A stretch of 64,000 nucleotides of DNA from Takakia lepidozioides (taxonomy: Eukaryota; Plantae; Bryophyta): contig CM060732.1 in assembly GCA_030704615.1 (NCBI GenBank), positions 41,230,001-41,294,000 of the forward strand. The letters are read 5' to 3'. Under the pieces are notes generated by a model that saw only the letters and a program-made list of their open reading frames with translations, ran no database searches and was not told the origin of the DNA. This document shows positions 9,528-21,092 of the stretch, in pieces (the first letter of the stretch is position 1; the number at the start of each line of letters is the position of its first letter). The position numbers were made by a program, and so were the translations under genes.

Positions 9528-11886
9528 TTTTTTTTTTTGTCCATTCATTAAGCACCTACCGAGTTTAGGGAAGAAGAGGGGATACCTCTTCCCACTACCC
9601 CTCCAATTCCTGGGTGCTTAGGGTCAAGCAATCCCGCAGGAAGGGCAAAATCCATTTAAAACTTCACTTTTTGGGTTTTAGACGGGTCAATTTAATCAAA
9701 AGCCTCAATGACTATTTATCCACTTTTAATATGATGTATTATTTATTATTTATTTGCTTATTTTTAACGGAAATGGACAGAGGCCCTTTAGGTCACATTG
9801 GTAGAAGTCTTGGAAAAAATAACCAAGACAGAAAGCCATGAGGCATGCATCGCAAGCGATTGGGAAGCTCCCCAAAACCACGCTCCTAGGGCTAAGCTCT
9901 AGTCACAGTCAACGGCTTACTGGTGGGCTAGCGAGCCATAAGCCAGACTGATTGAGAAACTAAAGAGACACTACAGACTAGAAGGGCAACAGCAAGTTCC
10001 TCTGGATAGGACCAGAAAACAGAAGCCTACCTCATCCAATAGCAAAGGGCTTGGTGAATAGCAAAAAATAGAGCCCAGCCATGTTCCTAGATGGGAGAAG
10101 AGAGATCGCAGCAGCACTGCAGCTAGCACCAAGAACCTAACATACGTCGTCTAGCCAAAAACTTGAACCAAAACAATAAAAGAAAGCGACGGGAAGGCCA
10201 GCCAGCATCTGAGCCATCCTGCCAAGGAAACATCATAACTACCAACAGCCTAGAGAGTAATCAGCCTAAACACCAAATGCCACCATGTGGCACACTCCAA
10301 CAGGGCACTTAGGACGAGCACCCTCAGCGTTTCTGCCTGAGAGACTCGAAATTGAGGTGAGCGCGGACTGTGGTATCTCAATTTTTTCTTATGCTTCCAG
10401 TTGATATTGCTGTCATCGGGAAATCCAGGGGAGCCCCTAAAGCTAAGGGGGTCTCCAGTTGACTGGAGGTCGAGGTGACCAGGTGACCCTGTCTTCCTCG
10501 TGAACACACAATATTCCAAGGTAAACCCATTCTGCATCAAATTGTGTGTGCAAGGCTGCCTTTTTGCTCTCAGAACATCTGCGAGCTGAGTCCATCACCA
10601 CCCCCCACATCTTACTACCTTCAATTACAATGTCATAATAAATGTGTTGCAAGATAGCCCAAATGTCAACTGGTTTTTTTTATTAAAAACCAAGGAACAA
10701 CTGGCCTTCCAGATATGCCAGAGGGTTAGTGCCCGCAGGCAGTTCTATACTTGGCAATCGCTCCAGGAATGAGAGCTAGAAGAGTTAAGCAAGAGAATAA
10801 GGGGATCCGAATAGTCAAACCTTCGCCAATGATTGTAGAGGGACCAAGATTTAAGCCAAACCTGTCTGGCAAAAGAACAAGAGACCAAACAATGCTCCAT
10901 CGTTTCCACTGACTGTCCAGCACAAGATAGACAATAGGTATCAGGTGGGGGTTGAGAGAAAGCTAAAGAAAGAATTCTATTACTGGTCCTCCAAAGGAAA
11001 GCTGAGTGTTTGGCCGCCCGTTGCTTAAGCCAAATATCAACCCAAACATGCCTCCACGCATCTTGATGCACATTGAGGTGGACCCATTTTCTGGAGAGTT
11101 TAGTCTTGATAGGCAAAGATATTGCCTGCATCTGGTATCCCATCATAGCCGAATACGAGAAGAAAGGTTTTCACATAATCCTTCACACACCACTTCCACT
11201 CACCAGGATCCCATTGAAGCTGAGAAATAGGAGACCTCCGAAACCAATACACAAAGATGCTTGAACCTCATTGACCTAGTGTGCCAGCACCTTGTACGTA
11301 GGATTCACCACCCCTGAACTTCTCTCAATAATCCTAACTACATAGGAACAGTTTCAATTACCTCGAAGAGGCCCAATACAAGTCAATGAACCATCATCAG
11401 TAGCACTGAAGCCCAACCCAAAAGCCCCCCGGTCACCCACCTCAGTAATATACATGACATCACATGGCTGGCCACCTATGCATCCTCTCCACGTAGGAAG
11501 CTGGCAATGCTTTCTACCAAGCCGTAGAGTGGAAGCCCATCTCTCCTGGACAGCCTGAGAGATGATGGGCCATCCATGGGCTCTACTATTCCGATGAAGA
11601 TGGAAGGGCCCAGAGGCCGGGTCAACAAATCCCAAAGGAGTCCAAATGTCTTGCACTCGCTGGATACCACTTGCTTCCCAAGCAGCCCAGCAGGCCGAAG
11701 CCAAAGCCAAAGACTCATTATTCAATTGCATGTTGCAAAACAAATGCTGTCTAAAAGCCTCATCCCAAGATGAGGGAAAAGTTTGGTAAAAGAACTCTCT
11801 AAGAACAGTCCAAGCATTCCAAATGCCGCCAGACATCTGAACCCCCCACTGGTTTGCGATTGCCACGACCACCTTGAACCGGCCAT
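9528..11886 (-). mobile_element. 5'-truncated LINE (L1-like) 3' part with zf-RVT domain and poly(A) tail
   Basis: Minus ORF 10745-11146 WVDIW..KHSAFLWR..CLSC..ETMEHCLVSCSFARQVW (zf-RVT), then LWHIWKASC. T-run at ~9528-9538 is a poly(A) on the minus strand. Boundaries approximate. Confidence 0.8.
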
Positions 11887-11926
11887 CTAAGACTTTTTTC
11901 AAAAAAATAAAAAAATAAAAAAAATC

Positions 11927-12070
11927 GAAGTCGCAGGATATAAAACAACCTTGTCACGCAACCTTGATTTGAGAAATGAAAGCATACTTTTTCCCAAAAA
12001 CAAAATTGAAGTCGCAGGATGCAAATCAACCTTGCGTTGACACAACCTTGATTTGAAAAATGAAAGCATC
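11927..12070. repeat. ~81-bp tandem repeat (2 units), with related caaccttg..cgcaac motifs to ~12250
   Basis: gaagtcgcaggat...caaccttgatttg.gaaatgaaagcat repeated. Confidence 0.7.
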
Positions 12071-13709
12071 ATTTTTGCACTGTTTTTTGCATTTTGTATG
12101 GGACACAATCATGGTTGCGTTAACGCAACTTTGTTTATGCTATGGATTTCAATAGCCTCTTTTGGGAAATAAATTTTCGTCTTGCTTAGTGTTTCGTATC
12201 TTCTAATCTTTTGGGAAGTTCAAGGATCAACCTTGCATCAACGCGACATTGATTACAAGGGGGTTTAATGGGAATTAACAAGCACCTGCTGCATCTGTGT
12301 TTTCTGAATGTATGGTTCAAGTACATCTACCATATCCTCATTCCAGGGAAGTACCTGAGCGATGACCCTCGATAATACATCCAGTCTTTAACCATCCACT
12401 CATCCATTGTTCATGCATTGCGAAGCATATGTCTATCCATCAGCCATCTCGCATTCAACCATTCATGAATTATTCATCCATCATTCATCCAACAGTCATC
12501 CAAGTACGCATGATATGTACACTCATTCCCGCGGAAATAGGTCTCCCGGGGCTTCCTCATCCTTGATTGTAGGCCCATGCACCCTATTGCGTGAGCATCT
12601 TTTCGCTCACGGATTGGCATCTTCCCGCTCACGCATCTTTACGCTCACGTGAGCCGCTCACGGACTAGCAATCCCCACAAAAAAACCTTTCATAAATTCA
12701 ATGAACTTAAAAGCAAATGGCCCTTGGCCCCTTTAACACCTTGACTTGGGTCTTTCCCCTTCTTTGGTGGATTCTTCTCCACAACAAACCACATATACTT
12801 CCTCTACACATATAAAGGGTTAGTTTTCTTCAAGCAAACATAAGCAACAAGCCTATGGTTTGGCATAAAAAATATGAATGAAAATGAAAATGAAATCAAA
12901 CAAGTGAGGTGGAAATCACCCTTAAGTGTGCAATGGTGCTTGTGATATTCTAATAGCTCGGTTGCATGATACTCCTTGCGGCCCTTCTTGGTACTCATCA
13001 AGCTTGGTCCATCTCCGGCATTCCTACTCGTCTCTCCCACATTCCACTTTTGGTGTTCACAATCTCTGTTGTAGCCCAATGGTAATGGGCATACACCACC
13101 TCGGAAGTGGTTGTGTGTTCACTCCACGGACAAGTGTCACAAAGGTGTCCACCTTCCTGCTGGATGGCAATAGCCCTTTGGGGTCAAGAGACACCATAAT
13201 TTACGCTTCCTTCGGGAGGAGTCATATATAAACTTCCCATTGCACTTTGAATCGGTGAGATGGTTTTGAAATTCCGGTGATGACTGAGAGTCCGACGGAG
13301 ACTTAATTTAATTTAGAGCAAGTATATGATGTCATTGTGCAATGTCAACGTCGTAATTTTTACAATCTGCCTGAAAATAAAATTGAATTATGAAAATCAT
13401 TTTGGTCAAACTTATTTGCTCTAAATTGCTTTCTTTTGATTTTTCTTTTTTGAAAGAAACGCCAGCCCCAACAACTGGGCCTTAAGGGGCGAAATAAACC
13501 CCCTTTCTGAGCGATGGAGGCATTACAATAGCAGAGGCCCGACCCGAAGGCAGCTTACCACCTAACGACAGCCCCGGTTGTGTTTCCTCACCTATTCAAT
13601 GTAGGTAAATGTTACAGAACTTCTAGATATTAATTATGATAAAATTGCCAAACAGAACTCAATGGTTTGCCAAGTTTTCGAAACTCTCGTAAGTTCAAAC
13701 CTTTACTTA

Positions 13710-13935
13710 TACGACCATATATTTCTCATGTATTCTTATAATATTTACTATTTGATGTCATACATCAATTCGCTACTAATCTTTAACATGTGACCCCACA
13801 TGCACGACCATATATCTCTCATGGATTTTCATACATGATGATTATGGGCATCCACCTCAACCTACGAGCCCCACATGCATGACCACATATCTCTCTTATA
13901 TATTTCCATACATGGATGACATGGGCATCCACTGA
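13710..13935. repeat. Imperfect ~80-bp tandem repeat (2-3 units)
   Basis: gacca(t/c)atat(c/t)tctc..., cccacatgca, atgggcatccac recur. Confidence 0.65.
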
Positions 13936-14257
13936 AATATGACTATCTCAAGGCTTAGAATTTTTTTGAAGTAGCAAGACAAACTTTTAATGTATTGCGA
14001 ATCTGACCTTGCAACTTGCGGTTTCTGCCTGTAGTACTACCAGTAGGCTACCCACTGCTTTCCAGAGGGAGCCAAATTCTAGTTTAGTTATACTTGGAAA
14101 TGAGCCTCAGATAGCGTCCAGCCGCCAGCGCTGCGGTGACCACGCGCATGTGATGGGTCTTCTTCAATAATACATGGGTATGGAATACTTTTTGACCACA
14201 AACCCTGTCACTGTCACTCACTGTCACTGTCCCTATCCCGGCCTTAGCTTGTCCCTG

Positions 14258-14441
14258 CTACACCCTTATCAAACCCTGCTACACCTTAGGGATGTAGAGG
14301 TGGTAAAAAAAAGTACTCGTTATGTTGGGAACAAGTGGGTGTTACGAGGTAGGATGTTCGGAACAAGTGGGTTGTTAACAACGTAGTTGTTCCGGAAAAG
14401 TTGATGTTCTTAGGGTGTAGCAGGGTTTGATAAGGGTGTAG
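14258..14441. mobile_element. Small foldback/MITE-like element with ~31-bp terminal inverted repeats
   Basis: ctacacccttatcaaaccctgctacacc (14258) pairs with ggtgtagcagggtttgataagggtgtag (ends 14441). Internal ~24-bp direct repeat. No clear TSD. Confidence 0.6.
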
Positions 14442-14882
14442 GAGTTTCACATTTGCCACTCTGGCGCCTGTTACTAGAGACTTTCCAAATTAGGACACAA
14501 GTGTGAAAGTGATGGGAAGGAGTGTTTTTCCAACTATTTTCTGTATTTCAAGAAGCTCAAGAATAAATCAAATGCCGAACAACGAGTTGGTGTCGCCAAA
14601 CTGAAGTCCGAAAGGACTGGAGTCCGAAAGAATGATGTCGATTTTACTGGGAAGACAATAGGGAGTAATATAAGAACTTAATGGACGCGTGCGATCTGAT
14701 GGTACTTTCGCCGGATTCCGGCAGCCTGGGCTCCTCGGGCTGGGCCCTTGTCAAATCCTCCCCACGCCCTCTTACCTCAGTTTCGCTATTAAATACTTAA
14801 GAATCCAAGTGGTTTTCATGTTGTGGTGGGTAGCCTGATGGTAAGGCAATAGCATTGTAGGCGGCGAGGTTCTGGGTACCTT

Positions 14883-15410
14883 GATTGATGGGGAGGCTCT
14901 CCTAGTGTAACCCGCATATTGGTATTCCAATCTGTGTAACCCTCTGTAACCCCGGTCTCTCATGTAACTCTAGTTAGTCCATTTTGTACTTAGCCAGATT
15001 TGGACTTAGTCAGATTTGGACTTAGTCAAATTTCGAGACCAAGTGTGGGTTACACTGACTGGAGTTACACTCCATTCTATGTAACCCGTCGTGTAACCCC
15101 ATGTAACCCCATGTGGAGTTAACCTCGGTACGATGATTGATGGGGAGGCTCTTCTAGTGTAACCCGCATATTGGTATTCCATTCTGTTTAACCCTCTGTA
15201 ACCCCGGTCTCTCATGTAACTCTAGTTAGTCCATTTTGTACTTAGCCAGATTTGGACTTAGTCAAATTTCGAGACCAAGTGTGGGCTACACTGACTGGAG
15301 TTACACTCCATTCTATGTAACCCTGAGTGGAGTTACACACCTCGTCGTGTAACCCCATGTAACCCCATGTGGAGTTACACACCGCGTGGTGTAACCCTGA
15401 CCGGAGCTTA
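14883..15410. repeat. ~252-bp tandem duplication rich in GTAACCC/GTTACAC motifs, directly upstream of the PPR gene
   Basis: gattgatggggaggctct...ccattctatgtaaccc at 14883 and 15135, near identical. Confidence 0.9.
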
Positions 15411-15702
15411 CACGTTCCATGTCACTCTCAATAGAGGGGTGGGGAAGATTCGACATGCCGGAAACTGTTGTTCCAAGACCCCTTGGTAAACTCCTGAGAC
15501 TGCACCACAGGGAGCCCTGTATTGGGAAGGAGAGAACCACGATCTCAAAACAGTGAACGACGACGGCAGGATTGGCCTGGGAGCTGAATAAAAGGCTGGC
15601 ATTGAGGGGGGCAATCTACAAGCTTTGAGCGAAAGAGAGTAGCTTTTACAAATAAAGATCTCCAATAAGAAGAGACTGGGGCATTCCGAAAATCAGGTAC
15701 GT

Positions 15703-18294
15703 ATGAGTTGGAGGAATCTGGGGTCAAAGAAAGGTGTCCTCCGATGCAGCCTCGACTCAGACTTTTGCAGAATGGCAGGTTTGAATCAGGCCCAGTTGTT
15801 AGCATCAGATACATGCACGGTGACCACTGCATTTGAAGGAGGACCAAGATATGGAGTCGTCAAGAATTCTGCTAGCACTTATGTGGACGTAAGGACACTT
15901 TGTAAGGCAGGACAACTGAAAGAGGCTCTAAACATTTTGAACCAAGGATGCATTTCGGAGTACTCGAACGCTTATGTCTGTCTTCTGCAGCAATGCATCA
16001 AAATCAAAGGCCTAGTCGAGGGAAAGCAGGTGCATGCTCACATCATCCGAAGTGGGTTCAAACCAAACATTTTTGTACTCAGCACCCTTGTCAACATGTA
16101 TGCCAAGTGTGGGAGTGTGGTGCAGGCACGCCAAGTGTTTGACAAAATGCCTGAACGAGACATGGTTACGTGGAACACAATGATAGGAGGATATGCCAAA
16201 CATGGATGTGGTAGGGAGGCTTTCGAGATCTATGAGCAAATGCAACAGGAGGGAGTGATACCTAACAAGGTCACATTCGTCTGTGTTCTTAACGCGTGTG
16301 CCACCCTAGCAGCACTAGAAAAAGGCAAAGAGGTTCATGCTGAGATCATCAAAGCTGGAATTGGCTCATATATTAAGTTGGAGAATACCCTTGTTGACAT
16401 GTATGCCAAATGCGGGAGCATAAAGGATGCGCAGCAAGTGTTTGAGAAAATGGTGCAACGAGATGTGGTCTCATGGAATGTCATGATTGCAGGATATGTT
16501 CAGCATGGATGTGGTTGGCAGGCTTTGGAGAGCTACGAGCAAATGATGCAAGAAGGGGTTGTGCCCGACAAGGTGACATTTATTTGCGTTCTCAAGGCGT
16601 GTGCTAGCCTAGGAGCCCTGGAAAAGGGCAAAGAGGTCCATGCTGATATGATGAAAGCTGGAATTGTGTCATCTACTAATTTGGAGAACACCCTTATTGA
16701 CATGTATGCCAAATGTGGGAGCATGAAGTTTGCTTGTCAAGTGTTTGACCATATGGCACACCGAGATGTGGTCTCATGGAACACCATGATTGCAGGATAT
16801 GCTCAGCATGGGCGTGGTAGGGAGTCTCTAGAGTTCTATGAGCAAATGATCCGAGGAGGGTTGCTGCCCGACAAGGTCACATTCACTTGCGTTCTTAATG
16901 CATGTGCCAGTCTGGCAGCGCTGGAAAAGGGCAAGGAGGTCCATTCTGAAATCATCAAGGCTGGAATTGAGTCATTTATTAATTTGGAGAATACCCTTGT
17001 GGACATGTATGCTAAGTGTGGGAGCATGAAGGATGCACGTCGAGTGTTTGACAACATGGATCAGCGGAATGTGGTCTCATGGAATGCTATGATCGCAGGA
17101 TATGCTCAGCAGGGTTGTGGTAGGGAGGCTTTGGAGATTTATGAACAAATGATATTTGAACGGTTGATGCCCAACAACGTTACATTCACTTGTGTTCTCA
17201 GTGCATGTGCCAGCCTGGCAGCCCTGGAAAAGGGCTTAAAGATCCATGTTGACATCGCCAAAACCGGAGTCCCGCTGAATATCATTGTGGAGACTGCCCT
17301 CGTAGACATGTATGCCAAGTGCGGGAGCATGACAAATGCTCGCCGAGTTTTTGACAATATGGCTCATCGAAATGTGGTCTCATGGAGTGCCATGATAGCA
17401 GGATATGGTCAGCATGGGTCTGGTAGGGAGGCCCTTCAGCTATTTGAACAAATGCAAAAGGAAGGCTTGAAGCCTAATGGTATCACCTTTATATGTGTTC
17501 TCGCTGCATGTAACCATGTGGGCCTACTGGATGAGGGCCGTCACTACTTTTTTTCCATGAATCAAGATCATGGCCTCACTCCTACAATGGAGCATTTTGG
17601 CTGCATGGTGGACCTTTTTGGCCGTGCAGGGCAATTGGAGGAGGCAGAGGACTTCATCAACATAATGCCAATTGAACCAGGTGCCGGGGTGTGGGGGGCC
17701 TTGCTTGGTGCTTGTAGAATTTATGGGGATGTAGATAGAGCAGAACGTGCAGCACATTGCTTTCTCAAGTGGGATCCTCAGCATGCTCCGACTTACATGC
17801 TGCTGTCGACCATTTATGCTGCGGCTGGCAGGTTGGACGATAAAGCAAAGGTGACAAAACTAATGGAGGACAGAGGTGTCAGAAAGGAGCAAGAGAAGTG
17901 CTGGACTGAGGTCAACAACCAGGTACATACATTCAATGAAGGAGAAGCATTACACCCTCAAATGGAGAAAATTCATGCCGAGCTGATTAGATTGTCTGAG
18001 AAGATGAAGGAGACAGCGTATATGGCTGAAATGTACTTTGTACTGCATGATGCGGTGGAGAGGAAAGAATTTTCCCTTTGCCAACACAATCAGATGTTGG
18101 CCATTGCTTTTGGGCTCATCAGCACCTCCCTTGGGACGCCTCTCCGTGTTTTCAAAAACCTTTGGGTGTGTGGGGACTGCCACACCACCACCAAGTTCAT
18201 CTCAAAGATTGTGAGACGATCAGTAATTGTACGGGATGGCAACCGCCTTCACCACTTCCAAGATGGAGTTTGTTCTTGTGGGGATTACTGGTGA
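15703..18294 (+). CDS. PLS-class pentatricopeptide repeat protein with E1/E2 and a degenerate DYW domain (organellar RNA-editing factor family)
   Basis: 863-aa uninterrupted ORF: about 17 L/S/P repeats, E1/E2, C-terminal CGDCH...HHFQDGVCSCGDYW. The true start may be ATG 15772 if GT15697-AG15770 is an intron. Confidence 0.95.
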   Translation: MSWRNLGSKKGVLRCSLDSDFCRMAGLNQAQLLASDTCTVTTAFEGGPRYGVVKNSASTYVDVRTLCKAGQLKEALNILNQGCISEYSNAYVCLLQQCIKIKGLVEGKQVHAHIIRSGFKPNIFVLSTLVNMYAKCGSVVQARQVFDKMPERDMVTWNTMIGGYAKHGCGREAFEIYEQMQQEGVIPNKVTFVCVLNACATLAALEKGKEVHAEIIKAGIGSYIKLENTLVDMYAKCGSIKDAQQVFEKMVQRDVVSWNVMIAGYVQHGCGWQALESYEQMMQEGVVPDKVTFICVLKACASLGALEKGKEVHADMMKAGIVSSTNLENTLIDMYAKCGSMKFACQVFDHMAHRDVVSWNTMIAGYAQHGRGRESLEFYEQMIRGGLLPDKVTFTCVLNACASLAALEKGKEVHSEIIKAGIESFINLENTLVDMYAKCGSMKDARRVFDNMDQRNVVSWNAMIAGYAQQGCGREALEIYEQMIFERLMPNNVTFTCVLSACASLAALEKGLKIHVDIAKTGVPLNIIVETALVDMYAKCGSMTNARRVFDNMAHRNVVSWSAMIAGYGQHGSGREALQLFEQMQKEGLKPNGITFICVLAACNHVGLLDEGRHYFFSMNQDHGLTPTMEHFGCMVDLFGRAGQLEEAEDFINIMPIEPGAGVWGALLGACRIYGDVDRAERAAHCFLKWDPQHAPTYMLLSTIYAAAGRLDDKAKVTKLMEDRGVRKEQEKCWTEVNNQVHTFNEGEALHPQMEKIHAELIRLSEKMKETAYMAEMYFVLHDAVERKEFSLCQHNQMLAIAFGLISTSLGTPLRVFKNLWVCGDCHTTTKFISKIVRRSVIVRDGNRLHHFQDGVCSCGDYW

Positions 18295-18661
18295 TAGGAG
18301 CATCTTGGATACGTGAGGATGGATATGTCATATATTTCAAAGCTCGCAAAGTGAATGGAAGAGTGTATGGCATGAATGCATTCAGCACTTTGCACTCTTT
18401 TTTAGCTGCCCCTGGCAATGATCACAGCTGAGTATGATCATTGGACAGCAGTGGTGTGAAGACCAGAAAAACTGTGTCCTGGAGTCCTCAACATAATGAT
18501 AGGTGTGCAGAAAATCTGCATTTACTGGGCTAGAAGTTTACGATAACGCAACAAGGACACAAGCATTCAAGCGATCCAAGAAGACCGCAGGGACATTCAC
18601 AAAACATAGCTCTCTGTCTCTGAGTCATTGTTCCTGGATGTATGTAAAGACGGTAACTCAC

Positions 18662-18735
18662 CAGCTCCTGTGATGCGGATTTAGCGTTCTCCTTCACCAG
18701 CTCCGACGCCGAGGCCACTGTCGTTCCACTATCCA
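18662..18735 (-). pseudogene. Inverted upstream exon of the plastid pyruvate dehydrogenase E1 alpha pseudogene
   Basis: Minus strand: acceptor ttttccctcttgcag | ..TVASASELVKENAKSASQEL | donor gtgagt. Phase 0 end matches the plus-strand exon starting LVTKEEG at 19168. Confidence 0.65.
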
Positions 18736-19167
18736 CTGCAAGAGGGAAAATGTGCAAACTGACGGGTGGAATCTTGCCAAAAGAATTTGCTGGTGAGACT
18801 TCCTGCTTGGTACGCTTATACGTCCAGGGAGGTCTTCGAGATCTTCAGATGGATCCAGAAACTTTCATTGTCTTATGAAAGCAATCATCTTCCCTTGAAT
18901 ACGGGCTCTCCTGTTCTGTTATCTCCTTCCATGGTGTTGCTGGCTTTCAGTCTGGAGATGGCCGTTTCTGGCAACCTATCTCCTTCCATTTCTCCATTGT
19001 CTCCAGGAGCTTATGATAGTGTTTGCTATGTTTGTCCTCCTTAGATTCTTGCCCCCTTTTCCTTTAATTGACACTATCTTCCTAAATAGCGCCCTGCCCC
19101 GTAGAAGCAGTGACGCATTACTGTCATATGGCTAATTTTATTGATTCGGTCCAGGGTGAAATTGCAG

Positions 19168-20448
19168 TTGGTCACCAAGGAAGAGGGACGTGAGATTTAT
19201 GAAGATCTGGTGCTTGGACGATCATTTGAGGACATGTGCGCCCAGATGTACTACAGAGGAAAGATGTTTGGATTTGTGCATCTGTACAATGGCCAGGAAG
19301 CAGTGTCAACAGGCTTCATCAAGCTGCTAAAAAAGGAGGATTATGTCACGAGCACCTACAGGTAGAGACCATGTACATGCACTTAGCAAGGGCATCCCAG
19401 CTCGGCAAGTGATGAGTTAACTCTTTGGAAAGACCGCTGGCTGCTGCCGGAGACAGGGAGGTTTGATGCACCTGTTCTCCAAAGAACATGGGTTACTGGG
19501 TGGATTTGCCTTCATTGGAGAAGGAATCCCTCTTGCAACTGGAGCAGCTTTTACCTCGATATACGAAAGGGAGGTCTTGAAAGATGACAATTCCGATGCA
19601 GTGTCAGTTGCTTTCTTTGGGGATGGGACAGCCAAAATGGCCAGTTTTTTGAGTGCCTAAACATGGCAACTGTTTGGAAGCTACCAATCATCTTTGTGGT
19701 GGAGAACAATCTGTGGGCTATAGGAATATCGCACTACAGATCCACCTCAGATCCAGAAATCTGGAAGAAGGGACCTGCTTTTGGCATGCCTGGAGTCCAC
19801 ATTGATGGCATGGATGTGTTGAAGGTGAGGGAGGTTGCTAAGGAGGCCATCGCAAGAGCTAGAAGAGGTGATGGACCTACTCTCATCGAATGTGAAACAT
19901 ACAGATTCAGGGGCCACTCGCCCGCCGACCCTGATGAACTCCGTGCCCCTTGTAAGTTGACGGAAGATTTCTCCACTGCACCACTTAAATAACTTTGCTC
20001 AAACACAGACACTTTGATGCAAATGGATTAGTGGAATTTCTTATGATGACTGTTCATGTGAGTACCGTTGAGTATCTTTTGAAATATCCAGCGAGAAAAG
20101 AGCATCTATTTGCTACAATTTGGCAAGTGAAAGTGGTTCTAGGTACACTCTGCAAATAGGTTCTTACAAGACGACTTTTGTTTAGTTAGAGAGAAAGTAA
20201 AAGTGGAAGGGATCAGGGATCACACAATGTGGGGATAAGGCTGGGCCAATCTTGAATCCTAATGGGGTGTCCTCTATTTGGTTGCTGACAGCTGGAAAAG
20301 CACACTATGCTGCAAGGGATTCTATTGTTTCCTTCAAGAAGTCTGTTGGAGAATGAACTTTGCCGATCCTAGGGGATTTGGTATTGGACCTGATGGGAAA
20401 TTAAGATGTGAAGACCCCGGATTCACCGCTGGTTCTGCCCAGGTGTAA
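19168..20448 (+). pseudogene. PDH-E1alpha: Plastid pyruvate dehydrogenase E1 alpha pseudogene (intron retained)
   Basis: [54 protein letters not shown]; intron 19952-20291; C-terminus DPRGFGIGPDGKLRCEDPGFTAGSAQV*. Lesions: 4-bp insertion ~19362, TAA ~19418, frameshift ~19633, internal deletion ~20358. Confidence 0.95.
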
Positions 20449-21092
20449 TTCAACCCACCGCTCACTGTATGGCTCTTAAAAAAAGCTGATCCCATTTGGA
20501 AGTTGGTGAAGCCGCTGTATTCAAAACTCACTGAAGTCATGCCAACAGGCTGGAAGGTTGTCTGAGTGACAGATCTGCACAATAATGAGTCACACACTTG
20601 TTTGTTGGAGTATCTGTCCAACGCGGGGTCATAAACTCTTCAAGTTCTGTGAGGATCACCTCGAAGTAGTCTTAGGATTCCCCTTTCCACAGCTTTGTGG
20701 GTCGGGGATAATTTTGTCTAGAGCTGTTTTAACTTTTATTTCATGTGTTTAAGACAGCATGAACATTTAGCTAGTTGCTGGTTTCAGTCACACCTGTTGA
20801 CTGCTGCAATGGATTTTTTGTTTTGCCAAAGAATTAGGATACCCATTAGCTCAAAGATATTTTGAATTAGTTTTATGCTCAGGAGGGTGATAGTCAACCC
20901 TTTATGCAATGCCAAGGAAACAAACTCATATTTTGTTTCTCACCATTGTCATTTGCTGAAGTTGCCTTCCAATAGTATTATGTTCAATCTTTCGTCCCGG
21001 CGGCTTACTGCCTCTTGTGATTTTTGTCTCTATTGTTGGGGGGAGTTCCCCCTTTGCAAACCCTGTGTGGTTTGGTTTCTCCACATTCTTAA

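Noticed and set aside
14883-15410. CRISPR-like array
   Set aside because: Eukaryotic context, no constant repeat with unique spacers and no cas genes. It is a tandem duplication.
16012-17784. Repeated short minus-strand ORFs (LPHLAYMS..) in both PPR genes
   Set aside because: Antisense shadows of the PPR repeats.
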